DNA from: Spirochaetales bacterium
GTDB taxonomy: Bacteria; Spirochaetota; Spirochaetia; DSM-2461
Direction: 5' to 3'
Assembly (NCBI GenBank): GCA_016936295.1
Contig: JAFGYD010000100.1
Coordinates: forward strand, 426-64,425
Length of the DNA: 64,000 nucleotides
Shown: piece by piece, positions 18,930 through 29,601 of the stretch
How the letters are laid out: each line of letters starts with the position of its first letter
Position numbering within the stretch: the first letter of the stretch is position 1
Made by a program: the position numbers and the translations under genes
Notes under the pieces: generated by a model
The model's input: only the letters and a program-made list of their open reading frames with translations
Databases searched by the model: none
What the model was told of the DNA's origin: nothing

Positions 18930-19428
18930 GTTTATGCTCCTTCTCCAGACTATCTTTAATTATTTTTTTGCAACATGACATTCTGAATTTCAATGTTCCA
19001 ACTGGAATTTCGGTAATCTCACTTATTTCTCTGTAATTTTTACCTTCATAGAAGTATAGAAATATTAATTCTCTTTGATGTGGACTTAAAATTTCTATGC
19101 ATTCTCTTATACTTTCTAAATTATACTGTTTAAAAAAAAGATCCTCTGGTGTTTCGCTGTTAGTAATAATTTCATCATCATATTCAGCTTCTATTGGCTT
19201 TATTTTTCTAATTTCATCTATTTGTGTATTTCTGGCTATTCTATATATCCAGGTAGAAAGTGCAAATTCAGGGTTGTAGGAATCAATTTGGGCTATAACT
19301 TTTACAAGAATATCACTAACTCTATCTTCCAGGTCTACAGAGCCGGGTAAAATCTGTTTTAAATAGACTTGTAATTTTGGGTGATACTCAATCCATATAT
19401 TTTCCATTAATTTTGCTTTATCTTTCAT
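18913..19428 (-). CDS. ECF RNA polymerase sigma factor
   Basis: Region 2 STWIYRIARN...DEIRK and region 4 YREISEITEIPVGTLKFR. Confidence 0.92.
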   Translation of the reverse strand: MKDKAKLMENIWIEYHPKLQVYLKQILPGSVDLEDRVSDILVKVIAQIDSYNPEFALSTWIYRIARNTQIDEIRKIKPIEAEYDDEIITNSETPEDLFFKQYNLESIRECIEILSPHQRELIFLYFYEGKNYREISEITEIPVGTLKFRMSCCKKIIKDSLEKEHKHANNY

Positions 19429-19440
19429 ACACCTATATTA

Positions 19441-19465
19441 TTCGTAAAAGATTTGAAATGGTTGG
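19441..19465 (-). promoter_or_regulatory. Candidate autoregulatory ECF promoter
   Basis: CCAAC-N16-CGAA just upstream of the sigma gene RBS (AGGTG). Confidence 0.5.
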
Positions 19466-19485
19466 AAATATTTTAATTATTTTCT

Positions 19486-19514
19486 AAAAAAAAGAGATTG
19501 CTTAATGCAATCTC
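19486..19514 (-). terminator. Intrinsic terminator downstream of the two-component operon
   Basis: GAGATTGC-ttaat-GCAATCTC plus a U-tract on the minus strand. Confidence 0.75.
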
Positions 19515-19645
19515 CGATCTCTGAAAAACTTTCTAACTTTTTACTAATTAACTTTTAAATCTATTTTTTAAATATGATTTATATTAACCCTTAAAAGTTG
19601 TATTGGATATGAGATATTTCACTCAATTTATATAGGGAAATTTCC

Positions 19646-20347
19646 CTATTGATTCTGGGTTATATCGAATCTATAACCTCTACCCCTTACTGTTATTATG
19701 TGCTTAGGAATTTCCGATTCACCAAGTTTATGTCTGAGTTTAGCTATATGAACATCTATAGTTCTTGATGTTGACTCGTTATCATAACCCCAGACTACAT
19801 CAAGGATATCGTTTCTATCCATAACTTTCCCGGTATTAATTGCTAAAAACTCTAGTAATCTGTATTCCTGGGCATTTAATTGAATTTCAACACCGTTCTT
19901 AAGTAGTATTCCTCTATCTCTGTTTAACTCAAAATTTCCAAATATAATACTATTAGTTTGTGGGTTAATCTTTTTTTCTGTTATTGAATATCTTCTAAGT
20001 ACCGCTTCCATTCTTGCTAATAAAATTGACATCTCAAATGGTTTGGAAATATAGTCGTCTGCACCCTGTCTTAATCCTATTATTGTATCTAAGTCAGTAT
20101 TTCGGGCTGTTAACATAATTATAGGAGAGGATATCCCAAAATCCCTTAGGTTTTCACATACTTTAAATCCATCTCTTCCAGGTAACATTACATCTAGTAA
20201 TATTAAATCGTATATACCTTTTTTGGCCTCGGTTTCCCCTGAGATTCCATCTTCCTTAACTGTTACTTGATAACCTTCGGAGATTAGTCTGTCTTCTAAT
20301 GTCATATATACACCAGGCTCATCTTCGATAATTAAAACTTTATACAT
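19646..20347 (-). CDS. OmpR/PhoB-family response regulator
   Basis: IEDE, LLDVMLP, GADDYISKPF and winged-helix TVRGRGY. Confidence 0.95.
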   Translation of the reverse strand: MYKVLIIEDEPGVYMTLEDRLISEGYQVTVKEDGISGETEAKKGIYDLILLDVMLPGRDGFKVCENLRDFGISSPIIMLTARNTDLDTIIGLRQGADDYISKPFEMSILLARMEAVLRRYSITEKKINPQTNSIIFGNFELNRDRGILLKNGVEIQLNAQEYRLLEFLAINTGKVMDRNDILDVVWGYDNESTSRTIDVHIAKLRHKLGESEIPKHIITVRGRGYRFDITQNQ

Positions 20348-21959
20348 TATAGGCCTCTTTTTCTAAGGTTTTATATGGGAGTGAAAGGGTGAACCTGCAA
20401 CCTTTTTTTACCTCTCCGTTAATTCTTTCGTATGGGCTTTCAAGTGTTAGTTCACCACCTATTAAACGAGCTTTACTGTGGGCGATAAAAAGTCCTAACC
20501 CCGAACCTTTTATCTGATCCTGGTAACTTCTATTAGACCTGTAAAACGGTTTAAATATATGTTTCTTGTCATATTTACTTATACCCATTCCATCGTCTTC
20601 AACTATAATTAATAATTTATTTGGTAATTGAATATGTGCTTTAATTCGTATAGGTGTTATTTCTCCTGGAATATATGCGTGTTTTTTACTATTTTCAATT
20701 AAATTGTTTAAAATATGGAGCAGTGTATCTTTGTCACTTAAAACCAACTCATTAAAATTGATATTTGATTCAACTTCAGGGTGTATCTCCTTAATCTCTG
20801 TAAATATATTATTAATAGCCAAGGGTTTTAATTCAGGGGGCTTTTCTGCCTTTCCTTCTAATCTGGAAAAAAGCAATATTCCTTCTACCATTGAAGATAG
20901 TCTTTTTGATTGTTCTTTTATCAATCCTCCATATTGAATTAACCTTTCTGGCTTTAAAATACCTTGTTGTATATTATCTGCAGCAGAGGTTATTACTGTT
21001 AATGGTGTTCTTAATTCATGAGTGATTGTTGCTACAAAAATTTTTTCCCTATCTCTAAGCTGTTTAAGGTTTCTTATCTGGTTTAAAATAAACAGATAGG
21101 AGATTCCCATTCCTAGTAATAGAAATAATGTTGCTAACCACTGAATTGTTATTTGTGTCTCTTTTGTTTTAATTATAGATTTTCCATTAACCTGTATATC
21201 CACAAATAGATTGTGGTCTTCTAATGGGTTGTATCCCCGGGATCTCATTAGAATATTTGGGTCTTCCGGCTCCCGGGGTTTAAAAATATCCATATAGAAG
21301 GATACTCCAAAAAGCCAAAGTGTCTCTTTGTTTAAAATCATATTTTTTAAACTTACAAATGGGGAGTATTTATAATCTTTATCGTTTAATATGTAGCTAT
21401 CTTTTGGTCTTTTAAAATACCATTTAAGTTCATATTCACTTGAGAGTAGCTCTTTATCGCTATTAATTAAATTGGTATAAAACTCATTTAAATCGAATTG
21501 AATTATTCCCAGTGCTGGTGTCTCGCTTTTTATTGGGAAGTAAAACTTTACAAGACTATTCTCGTCTGGAAACAGATATCCAAATTTCCTTGCCTGAGCT
21601 AGTGAACTCTGGGTAACAGACCACTGTTCTCCATTAAATTCATACAATTTATTTTCTTTTACAAAGCTGATAGTTTTAGAAAAGCCTCCATAAAGGGTTT
21701 CCATCTTCTTTTTTATATCGTTGGTAGAAATATATTCATTGAAAAAAAGCTCTTTGTACCCGTAAAATTCATTTTCTAATTCAAATGAAATACTTCTATA
21801 TATCTTAAAATTAATATTCCTGTAAAGTTCGGTTAAGTCCTTCTCTGTCGATGTTATTAGCCACTTATACTGTATTATGGATATAAAAATTAATGCTATT
21901 ACTACGGCGGAGGTAACAATACCAGATTGTATATTTCTTTTTAAACCTTCTTTATTCAT
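20340..21959 (-). CDS. Membrane sensor histidine kinase
   Basis: Two TMs, HELRTPL, NLIENS, DDGMGI and GSGLGL. Confidence 0.95.
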   Translation of the reverse strand: MNKEGLKRNIQSGIVTSAVVIALIFISIIQYKWLITSTEKDLTELYRNINFKIYRSISFELENEFYGYKELFFNEYISTNDIKKKMETLYGGFSKTISFVKENKLYEFNGEQWSVTQSSLAQARKFGYLFPDENSLVKFYFPIKSETPALGIIQFDLNEFYTNLINSDKELLSSEYELKWYFKRPKDSYILNDKDYKYSPFVSLKNMILNKETLWLFGVSFYMDIFKPREPEDPNILMRSRGYNPLEDHNLFVDIQVNGKSIIKTKETQITIQWLATLFLLLGMGISYLFILNQIRNLKQLRDREKIFVATITHELRTPLTVITSAADNIQQGILKPERLIQYGGLIKEQSKRLSSMVEGILLFSRLEGKAEKPPELKPLAINNIFTEIKEIHPEVESNINFNELVLSDKDTLLHILNNLIENSKKHAYIPGEITPIRIKAHIQLPNKLLIIVEDDGMGISKYDKKHIFKPFYRSNRSYQDQIKGSGLGLFIAHSKARLIGGELTLESPYERINGEVKKGCRFTLSLPYKTLEKEAYNV

Positions 21960-22008
21960 AGCTTTAATATATAAGCGTTTTAGTACTATTACAAATGGTT
22001 TAAAACTT

Positions 22009-22057
22009 TTTACTCAATGTTTTACATAGTTTACAATTGTTTTACACAGTGTTAACC
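22009..22057 (+). promoter_or_regulatory. Tandem TTTAC direct repeats, candidate OmpR-family binding sites
   Basis: tttactcaatgttttacatagt followed by tttacaattgttttacacagt, between the two-component operon and the exporter. Confidence 0.6.
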
Positions 22058-22101
22058 AAAGGATTTTAAATGAAGGTTATATTAAGATCACGGAGGATAG
22101 C

Positions 22102-23394
22102 ATGGTAGAGAGAAAAATTGTTCAAGTAGATGATTCTGCACCGTTAATTTCTAAAAAGAAACAAAAACAGGCTGTAATAGCTTTGGGTGTTGTTTTAGGA
22201 ATTGTTGCAATAATTGTTATATTTATAGTTATGGGAACTTCCCAGAAGATCCAAAAGATAGGTGATTATCGGGTAACTAAGGTTACTAGTGGTTCATTAA
22301 CAACTTCAACTGAAGCGAGCGGAACAGTTGTTTTACCCACACAGGTTTCAATAGTTGCAATGGCAGAAGGTTATGCAAATCTATTAAATGTTTCAGTTGG
22401 TGATAGTGTAGATAAGTCAACAATATTAGCACAATTAGATGTCCCTGAATTAGAAAAAGATAAAGTGGACATTGAAAATGACCTTGAGACACAGGAAATT
22501 TCATTGGAACAAGTAGTTATCTCTAATGAATATGCAATTAAAGAGTTGGAGATAGATATTGCCAGAGTTGAAGATGACATTATAGACGCTACAAAGGATG
22601 TTGAAAAAGCTAAAGAACTTATGGCTTTAAAAAGTTCAAGAGAGTCAGATTACGATTTGGCTGTAGATGCTTTAAAGTCTTTGGAAAATCAGAGAGATGA
22701 TTTAAAACTTACCCTTGAAAAGACAATAAAACAGGGAGAACTTGATGTCAGATCAAAGCAGACACAGATTAAACAGAATAATTTGAATTTAGAAAGAATT
22801 AATGAGGATATTGAGGATTCAAAAATTACAAGCCCAATTAGTGGTTCTGTACTTACAATTTTAGACAAACTCTCAGTTCCTGGAAGTTTAATAGAACAGA
22901 ATTCTGAACTATTTACTGTTGCAGATACCAGTGATGTTTATATCGATTTAGAAGTGTATGAACAGTACCGGACTGCTTTAAAAGTGGGGGATAAGATGGA
23001 AGTTGTTATTAGTTCTAATGTAATAGAGGCAGAAATAATTCAGATTGGGTCAGTTGCTTCACTATCTTCGGATTCATTAGCAGCTACAATTGAGGTTAGG
23101 GCTAAGCCAATTGGCAATGTTGATTTAACTTTAGGTGCTTCCGCTGTTGCTGAAATACCTTTAGGGACTAAGGAAAATGCGTTACTACTCCCTAGAGGTT
23201 CTTATCTAACTTCAGGTAACCAAATGTATTTATATGTTGTAAAAGGAGATACCGCTGTAAAAACCAAGGTTACATACGGGACAATAAGTGGTAACGAAGT
23301 TGAAATTTTAAGTGGGGTTGAAGAGGGTGATCAAGTAATAATAAGTAGTTACCAAGGGTTTATAGATCAAGATGAAATTAAATTAGTTGAATAA
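22102..23394 (+). CDS. Periplasmic adaptor (MFP/HlyD family)
   Basis: N-terminal TM, coiled coil, ITSPISG and EILSGVEEGDQVI. Confidence 0.9.
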   Translation: MVERKIVQVDDSAPLISKKKQKQAVIALGVVLGIVAIIVIFIVMGTSQKIQKIGDYRVTKVTSGSLTTSTEASGTVVLPTQVSIVAMAEGYANLLNVSVGDSVDKSTILAQLDVPELEKDKVDIENDLETQEISLEQVVISNEYAIKELEIDIARVEDDIIDATKDVEKAKELMALKSSRESDYDLAVDALKSLENQRDDLKLTLEKTIKQGELDVRSKQTQIKQNNLNLERINEDIEDSKITSPISGSVLTILDKLSVPGSLIEQNSELFTVADTSDVYIDLEVYEQYRTALKVGDKMEVVISSNVIEAEIIQIGSVASLSSDSLAATIEVRAKPIGNVDLTLGASAVAEIPLGTKENALLLPRGSYLTSGNQMYLYVVKGDTAVKTKVTYGTISGNEVEILSGVEEGDQVIISSYQGFIDQDEIKLVE

Positions 23395-23407
23395 GGGGAA
23401 AATAGAG

Positions 23408-24097
23408 ATGATTACGTTAAAAAATATAAATAAGTTGTACGATTTAGGAGAGGTTAAAGTTAATGCTTTAAAGGGTATAGATTTAACTATAAATAGAGGA
23501 GATTATGTCTCTATCATGGGTCCGTCTGGTTCTGGAAAATCGACTTTAATGCATATAATGGGTATCCTGGATACCCCTACTTCCGGGCAATATCTTTTAG
23601 AGGACTACGATATAACATCACTACCGGATAGAGAGCTTGCAAGAATTAGAAATAAACATTTTGGTTTTATTTTCCAAAGTTTTAATCTGTTCCCAGAACT
23701 AAGTGCATTAGAGAATGTAATGCTTCCTTTAGGTTATGCCGGTGTTACTTACAGTAAAAGAAAAGATAGGGCGAAAGAGTTACTGGCAGAAGTTGGTCTT
23801 GGCCATAGAATGCAACACTTACCAACTATGATGAGTGGTGGAGAGCAACAGAGGGTTGCAGTTGCAAGAGCATTAGCTAACGATCCCGATCTAATTATTG
23901 CGGATGAGCCCACAGGAAATCTTCCTTCTGATAAAGGTCATGAAATTATGGATATTTTGGAAAAGCTTAATAACAAGGGTGTAACAGTTGTTATGGTAAC
24001 TCATAACCCAGAACAAGGAATGAGAGCAAAACGAACTATAAATATAAAAGATGGGTTATTGCATAGTGATGAGTTAAATAGTAAAGGAGGTGTATAG
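23408..24097 (+). CDS. MacB/LolD-type ABC ATPase (start placed at ATG 23408)
   Basis: [26 protein letters not shown] and VTH. Confidence 0.93.
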   Translation: MITLKNINKLYDLGEVKVNALKGIDLTINRGDYVSIMGPSGSGKSTLMHIMGILDTPTSGQYLLEDYDITSLPDRELARIRNKHFGFIFQSFNLFPELSALENVMLPLGYAGVTYSKRKDRAKELLAEVGLGHRMQHLPTMMSGGEQQRVAVARALANDPDLIIADEPTGNLPSDKGHEIMDILEKLNNKGVTVVMVTHNPEQGMRAKRTINIKDGLLHSDELNSKGGV

Positions 24098-25491
24098 TGT
24101 CTAACGAAACGAGCTTAATTATGAAAAGACGATTTATGGGTAGAATCCTGGAATCGGGTCTTTTAATAATTGCTGTAGCTTTAGGGGTTGGAGCTGCTGC
24201 TTCTGGGCTTTCTTTAATGTTTCATACTAAAGAATATAGCCAAAATTTACTAAACTCAGCAGAGTATAAAGAGATTGTTGTAACAACAAGAGCAAATGTT
24301 GAAGATATGACCTATCCCGTAGTGGAGAAAACACCAAATACAACAACTCTGACAACTGCAGATTTAAAAGCAGGGGAGATTATAGATGAAGTTCTCTATT
24401 CCTATGTTGTATCATCATCACATATAAGATTAGTAACTGAAGAGAGTACTAATATGGGTTTCCCTAGGGAGGGAGGCGCGAATCCTCCACAAGAAAATGC
24501 AAACCCTGAAAATTCTAATGGTTCATCAAGTAATGAGATGCAACCGGGACCTCCGGAGGGAGGTGATAATATGGGGCAGATTTCCGAAATGCTGGAAACA
24601 TTTGAGGATATTAAAGAGAATCCGGACTATTTAGTTCCCGAAGTTGAGGAGATAGAGGGTGTTGAAGTTACAGCACAGTTTTTTGATGCGTGGGGTATTA
24701 ATGCACAGGATGGAAGTCTTTTTACGAGTTCGGACTATACCGGTAGTAGTAATATAATTGTTTTAGGTTCTGAAATGGCTAAAACATTAAATACCGGCAA
24801 TTACAATAGTGTTATAGGGAAAAAAATAGTAGCTTGGGACAAAGTATATAAAGTTGTTGGAGTTTTAGAGGAGACAGGTTCTAAATATGACAACTACTAT
24901 GTAACACCCAAAAAAGAGGTTTCCAATAGTTTTTTTATGCGAAGATTTGGAGACACTCAGTTAAGATTTTATGTAGATAATGTTAATCAGCTAGATACAA
25001 CGGCTACACAATTATCAGATTGGTTTACAACCCAGTATGGAGAGGGACAAGTTGAGATCTCTAACCCAAGGGAAGAGGCTTCAAAAGTAGTTAGTAGAAA
25101 TAATGGTATAAGTTTTTTAATTCTTTTTTTAAGTTTGGCAGGTCTATTTATTGCATCGGTTAATGTTTCTAATATTTTAATGAGTAGATCTTTAAGAATG
25201 AAAAAACATGTAGGTATTTTAAAGGCTTTAGGAGCTTCTAAAAAGAATATTTTAATGATTTTTGTAAAAGAAGCGTTACTTATAACCTCTATAGGTTCTG
25301 TTCTAGGAACATTCCTTGCACTTCCTCTATCTATAACCATGGAAGAGTCTTTAGGTTTGGGTGATGTTTCCTGGGTTTATATAATTATTGGTGTATTTAT
25401 GTCTTCTATCCTCACTTTAATTTTCTCGGTTTTACCTGCAAGACAAAGTGTTGATATAGAAGCTGCTGAAGCTATGAGATCGGCTGGATAA
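24097..25491 (+). CDS. MacB/FtsX-type ABC permease
   Basis: One TM, periplasmic domain and three TMs, with GILKALGA. Confidence 0.9.
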   Translation: MSNETSLIMKRRFMGRILESGLLIIAVALGVGAAASGLSLMFHTKEYSQNLLNSAEYKEIVVTTRANVEDMTYPVVEKTPNTTTLTTADLKAGEIIDEVLYSYVVSSSHIRLVTEESTNMGFPREGGANPPQENANPENSNGSSSNEMQPGPPEGGDNMGQISEMLETFEDIKENPDYLVPEVEEIEGVEVTAQFFDAWGINAQDGSLFTSSDYTGSSNIIVLGSEMAKTLNTGNYNSVIGKKIVAWDKVYKVVGVLEETGSKYDNYYVTPKKEVSNSFFMRRFGDTQLRFYVDNVNQLDTTATQLSDWFTTQYGEGQVEISNPREEASKVVSRNNGISFLILFLSLAGLFIASVNVSNILMSRSLRMKKHVGILKALGASKKNILMIFVKEALLITSIGSVLGTFLALPLSITMEESLGLGDVSWVYIIIGVFMSSILTLIFSVLPARQSVDIEAAEAMRSAG

Positions 25492-25501
25492 GGAAGGATT
25501 T

Positions 25502-26803
25502 ATGAAAAAACTAATTACAATGTTATTACGACACTGGGTTAAAACTCCAGTTAAAATATCATTAACAATATTGGCTGTTGCACTAGGTTCTGGAATATTA
25601 ATACTTTCGTTTAGTGCTAGTGCCATAATAGAGGATGAAATTACATCTTTAATGAATAAAGATGGACTCGTTCTACAGGTTGCAAACGGTGAATGGGGGG
25701 ATGATGGACAGATTGATCAAGAGAGACCAACCCAGTGGGATACCACAATTAGGGAGAAATTAATTACTGATAGTAGTTCTATTACCTATGCTTCAATGAT
25801 TTTAAATATGCCAGTACCATATATCACTGTTAATGGAAAGTCCTATCAGGCAAGAAATGCTTTAGGTACAGATAAATCCTATTTAAAGGTTTTTGGACTA
25901 GAAATAGTAGCAGGTGTGGAAATGACCGATGAAGACTTCGATTCAGGTCTAAAAAAAGTTTGGTTATCGGAAGAGAGTGCTAACATTTTATTTGGTTCCG
26001 CAGAAGCTGCTATAGGGAAACAGGTAACCCCTCCCGCAAGTGGAATGGGGCGAAGGGAATCAGAAGCTACAATCACACACTACAGTGTTGCAGGCGTATA
26101 TGAAAACCCCACTGAGGTTGCAAGAAGAGCTTATGCAATAGCGGATATTATTTTCCCAATGACAGCAATGATGCCCTCAAATAATAATAGGGGTATGAGT
26201 ATGCTTAATTTCCTGGCTGGTAACTTAGTTGTAAAAAGTGATTCTACATCTGTAGATAAAGTATCAGCAGAAATTAACCAAGTAGTAGAAAACAATTTTG
26301 GTGAAGATATAAAAGTAACTGTTTGGGAGGGTAACTCCAGGGGTGTTTCAACTTATATGGATGAGTTAAGACAGACAGTTTCAATATTTTCAATTTCCGT
26401 AAGAATTTTAGGGATAGTTTTACTTTTAACAAGTTCTTTGGGTATTTTTAGTATAATGGTTGTTGAAGCCCTTGGAAGAAGAAGAGAAATTGCAATTGAA
26501 AGGGCATTAGGTGCTTCAAGGCTTCAGGTAATTATGGAATTTTGGCAGTGGTCTGTTATGTTAAGTTTAATTGGGGCAGTAATAGGTATACTTTTATCGG
26601 TACTGCTTTCATCTACTGTGCTTGGAACAATGTCACCACTTTTAACAGAGTTAACAGGTTCTCTGGATATTAATACTGGCGTAAAACCACTTTCAGTTTT
26701 TTCTGGTGTCTCATTAGCACTTCTATGCGGGGGGATACTTGGAGTACTTCCATCATTTAGTGCCGTAAAAGGCGATATTGCAGATATTTTAAGGGAGGCA
26801 TAA
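25502..26803 (+). CDS. MacB/FtsX-type ABC permease
   Basis: RRREIAIERALGA, same topology as the preceding permease. Confidence 0.9.
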   Translation: MKKLITMLLRHWVKTPVKISLTILAVALGSGILILSFSASAIIEDEITSLMNKDGLVLQVANGEWGDDGQIDQERPTQWDTTIREKLITDSSSITYASMILNMPVPYITVNGKSYQARNALGTDKSYLKVFGLEIVAGVEMTDEDFDSGLKKVWLSEESANILFGSAEAAIGKQVTPPASGMGRRESEATITHYSVAGVYENPTEVARRAYAIADIIFPMTAMMPSNNNRGMSMLNFLAGNLVVKSDSTSVDKVSAEINQVVENNFGEDIKVTVWEGNSRGVSTYMDELRQTVSIFSISVRILGIVLLLTSSLGIFSIMVVEALGRRREIAIERALGASRLQVIMEFWQWSVMLSLIGAVIGILLSVLLSSTVLGTMSPLLTELTGSLDINTGVKPLSVFSGVSLALLCGGILGVLPSFSAVKGDIADILREA

Positions 26804-28072
26804 ATGAGATTTAAACTACTAACAGTATTTTTTATGGTATCTTCATTGGGATTCTCTCAAGCAACACTTTCTACTTTAAATGAAATAGCAGACTTTGCTA
26901 TTAATAATAGTCTTGACTCCAGGAGGAGTCAGGTTTCTCTTGACAAAGCAGAGAACGATGTAGTTTCTTATATTAAAGTTGATTCAACTAAGGTTTCTAC
27001 AACAGGTAATTATAATCAGGATGGGGATATAACCTTTAATACAAGCTTAAATATTCCTATTGTTGAGCAATTATCCATATCTGGAGGTGTAGATGGGGAG
27101 TTAAATGGCTCTGTCTCTTTAAATATAGATCCTATTGTACATTCAAACTCTGTTCCTTTGTCAGTTAATAACTATGATACAGCACTTCTTAATAATGTTA
27201 AGATTTTAAGCAGTGTAGAGCAAAATGCAGTTAAAGCAGCCCTTGATTGGATGCTTGGTTCTAGAGCTTTGGAATTATTGGACAAGCAGACCCAGAGGTA
27301 CAAAACTTTATACGAAGATGATAAAAATAGATATAGTAACGGTAGTATCACTTTAGACGAACTACAGGAGTCCTTGATTAATTGGTCCAATGCAAGAAAG
27401 AGTCTTCTTGAACAAAAACAGAGTTTTTATACCTTAGAAAGTAATTTATACGCGCAACTAGGTACAACTAAGGAGAGTGTAATTATAGAAAAATTAGATT
27501 TGGATGATATGATTGAATCTTTAAACCAGTTGTATCGTTTAGTAGAAAGTGGTAGTGGAGATTACTTGAAAGATATAGATTATCAATCAGCTGTTTTGAC
27601 TTCGGATAAAGCTAAACTTACATATAATGCAATATGGGTATACGACCCGGATATAACTGGGAGTATAAAACTTGATTTAACAGACCAAGGTGTGAGTATG
27701 GATAATTTTGCAGCATCTCTTAATTTTTCATTAAGTCTGGACAATGTTAACTACACAGAAAAGAAACGAGCCCAGGAGGAGTATCTTATATCTGTTAAAG
27801 ATAGGGAACTAAAACTGGATAAAGCTCGACTTGATTTTGAGCAATGCAAAGATTTAGTTGAAAGTAGTAAAATTGAATCAGAAATTTTCAAATTTGAGTA
27901 TGCACAGGCAGAGATTCTTTTATCAGAAGCTGTTATACTTTACAACGCTGGAGAGTATTCTGAAATTGAATTATTAGAGAGTAAGTTATTTCTTGAGCAA
28001 GCAGAGAATAATTTACTGAATTCCTATAAAAATGAGTATTTAAACTTGTTAGATTATTTAAAATATTTTTAA
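26804..28072 (+). CDS. TolC-like outer membrane efflux protein
   Basis: Signal peptide and two repeats ending RYSNGSITLDEL / LYNAGEYSEIEL. Operon context supports the call. Confidence 0.75.
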   Translation: MRFKLLTVFFMVSSLGFSQATLSTLNEIADFAINNSLDSRRSQVSLDKAENDVVSYIKVDSTKVSTTGNYNQDGDITFNTSLNIPIVEQLSISGGVDGELNGSVSLNIDPIVHSNSVPLSVNNYDTALLNNVKILSSVEQNAVKAALDWMLGSRALELLDKQTQRYKTLYEDDKNRYSNGSITLDELQESLINWSNARKSLLEQKQSFYTLESNLYAQLGTTKESVIIEKLDLDDMIESLNQLYRLVESGSGDYLKDIDYQSAVLTSDKAKLTYNAIWVYDPDITGSIKLDLTDQGVSMDNFAASLNFSLSLDNVNYTEKKRAQEEYLISVKDRELKLDKARLDFEQCKDLVESSKIESEIFKFEYAQAEILLSEAVILYNAGEYSEIELLESKLFLEQAENNLLNSYKNEYLNLLDYLKYF

Positions 28073-28079
28073 CTTATTT

Positions 28080-28114
28080 GATCTCTGGTCTTCCTCCAGT
28101 CCAGAGATCTTTTT
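28080..28114 (+). terminator. Intrinsic terminator between convergent genes
   Basis: GATCTCTGG...CCAGAGATC followed by a T-run. Confidence 0.7.
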
Positions 28115-29303
28115 ATTTCCGTTTTAAAAATAGAAATAAGATAAATAGCAAAGTTATTGTAATTAACAGAAATAGAGGGATTGCTTCAATTCCATATATT
28201 CTTGCCAATACACCTGCAATAGAAGGTACAATTGCAGCACCTAAACCTGCAGCTGAAATCTGCATTCCTATAGTGTTAGCTTCGTGTTCTTTTCCTACTC
28301 TGTGTTTTGTATCTGAAACAAGGCCTGGAAAAATAGGCGCAATTGATAGACCTGCTAAACCAATTCCAATAACAGAAAGAATAGGATTAACATTAATTAA
28401 AAGCAGTACAACACCGGTAATTGCAGAAATTAGTGATATTGTTATAATTTTTCTTAGAGGTATTTTTTTTGTATACCAACCTGCACTTATTCGGCCAATT
28501 GTAAACATTCCCCAGTAACTTCCAGCTATAATACCTGCAATCTTAGGATCAATACCCCTGGACTTTGTTAAAATTGTAAATGTCCAAAGCCCAAGACCTA
28601 GTTCAAACCCTGTATATAATAAAAACATTAACATTGATAGCAGGGATGGTATATGAGTAATTGTTGCAACTATTTTTGCACCTGTATGTTCGTGTTCGTT
28701 TGCAATAGAATTTTCAGTTTTATTCTCATGCCATAACTTTTGAGTAATAAGAAAAATAATTGCTAATATTAACTGAAGTATAAATACAACTTTATAACCT
28801 ATCTGCCATTTTCCAAATAAAGCTATGCTGTAAGTCATAATAATAGGGCCGGTTGTTACACCAATTCCAAAACTTGCATGTAACCACTGCATAGCCCGCT
28901 CGTTATGATTCTGGGCTATATATGTATTTATTCCGGCATCAATAGCTCCTGCTCCAAATCCTCCCATTATTGCTATAATAAAAAAAAGAGCCCAGTATGG
29001 AGTTAATGAGTAAGTTAACATTGTAAGTGAGGTAAGAAAGCAGCTTGCAGCCAATAATTTCCCTATTCCAAGTCTTTTAACAAAAAAACCACTAAAAAAA
29101 CTTGAAAGCATGTAACCTGTTGTAGAAAATATGAGGATCAAACCAACGGAATCGATATTAACATGAAATGTTTCTCTAATTCCTGGCCATGCAACCCCCA
29201 ATAATCCATCGGGTAACCCTAGTGAAATAAACGCTATATAAGCAATTACTATAATACTAATATTTTTAAATGGTTTAGTTTTGTCCATGATTCTTTTTAT
29301 CAT
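28113..29303 (-). CDS. MFS transporter
   Basis: About 12 TMs, with GLPDGLLGVAWP, GAIDAGIN and WLHASFGIG. Confidence 0.9.
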   Translation of the reverse strand: MIKRIMDKTKPFKNISIIVIAYIAFISLGLPDGLLGVAWPGIRETFHVNIDSVGLILIFSTTGYMLSSFFSGFFVKRLGIGKLLAASCFLTSLTMLTYSLTPYWALFFIIAIMGGFGAGAIDAGINTYIAQNHNERAMQWLHASFGIGVTTGPIIMTYSIALFGKWQIGYKVVFILQLILAIIFLITQKLWHENKTENSIANEHEHTGAKIVATITHIPSLLSMLMFLLYTGFELGLGLWTFTILTKSRGIDPKIAGIIAGSYWGMFTIGRISAGWYTKKIPLRKIITISLISAITGVVLLLINVNPILSVIGIGLAGLSIAPIFPGLVSDTKHRVGKEHEANTIGMQISAAGLGAAIVPSIAGVLARIYGIEAIPLFLLITITLLFILFLFLKRK

Positions 29304-29347
29304 TTATTGCCTATTATTACAATTTATATTGTATAAGATTGAATTAA

Positions 29348-29376
29348 TTGACTGCACACTTATCGTGTGCTAAAAT
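29348..29376 (+). promoter_or_regulatory. ccdAB promoter with a palindromic operator as its spacer
   Basis: TTGACT-[GCACAC-ttatc-GTGTGC]-TAAAAT. Confidence 0.8.
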
Positions 29377-29382
29377 TGACAC

Positions 29383-29601
29383 ATGAAAACAAGGACAAAT
29401 GTAAGCATCGATAGAGAACTTCTAGAAACAGCAAAAAGATATAATTTAGTGTTTTCTTCCCTTTTAGAAAAAGCTATTAAGTCTGAAATTAAAAAAATAG
29501 AAAAAGATCTTTGGCTAAAAGAGAATAGAGATCGCATAAGAAACTATAATGATAGAGTAAACGATGCAGGTGTTTTTAGCGATGATCTCAGGAGCTTTTA
29601 A
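29383..29601 (+). CDS. ccdA: CcdA-family antitoxin
   Basis: TNVSIDRELL...WLKENR...YNDRV...G.FSD..RSF. Confidence 0.9.
   Translation: MKTRTNVSIDRELLETAKRYNLVFSSLLEKAIKSEIKKIEKDLWLKENRDRIRNYNDRVNDAGVFSDDLRSF

Noticed and set aside
19515-19647. Possible sRNA between the response regulator stop and the distal terminator, with palindrome TAGGGAAATTTCCCTA
   Set aside because: No convincing promoter or fold. It is adequately explained as a 3' UTR.
29354-29370. Shared GCACAC/GTGTGC half-sites between the ccdA promoter and the aglE operator
   Set aside because: The spacing differs (5 vs 0 bp) and the regulator folds are unrelated, so coincidence is most likely.
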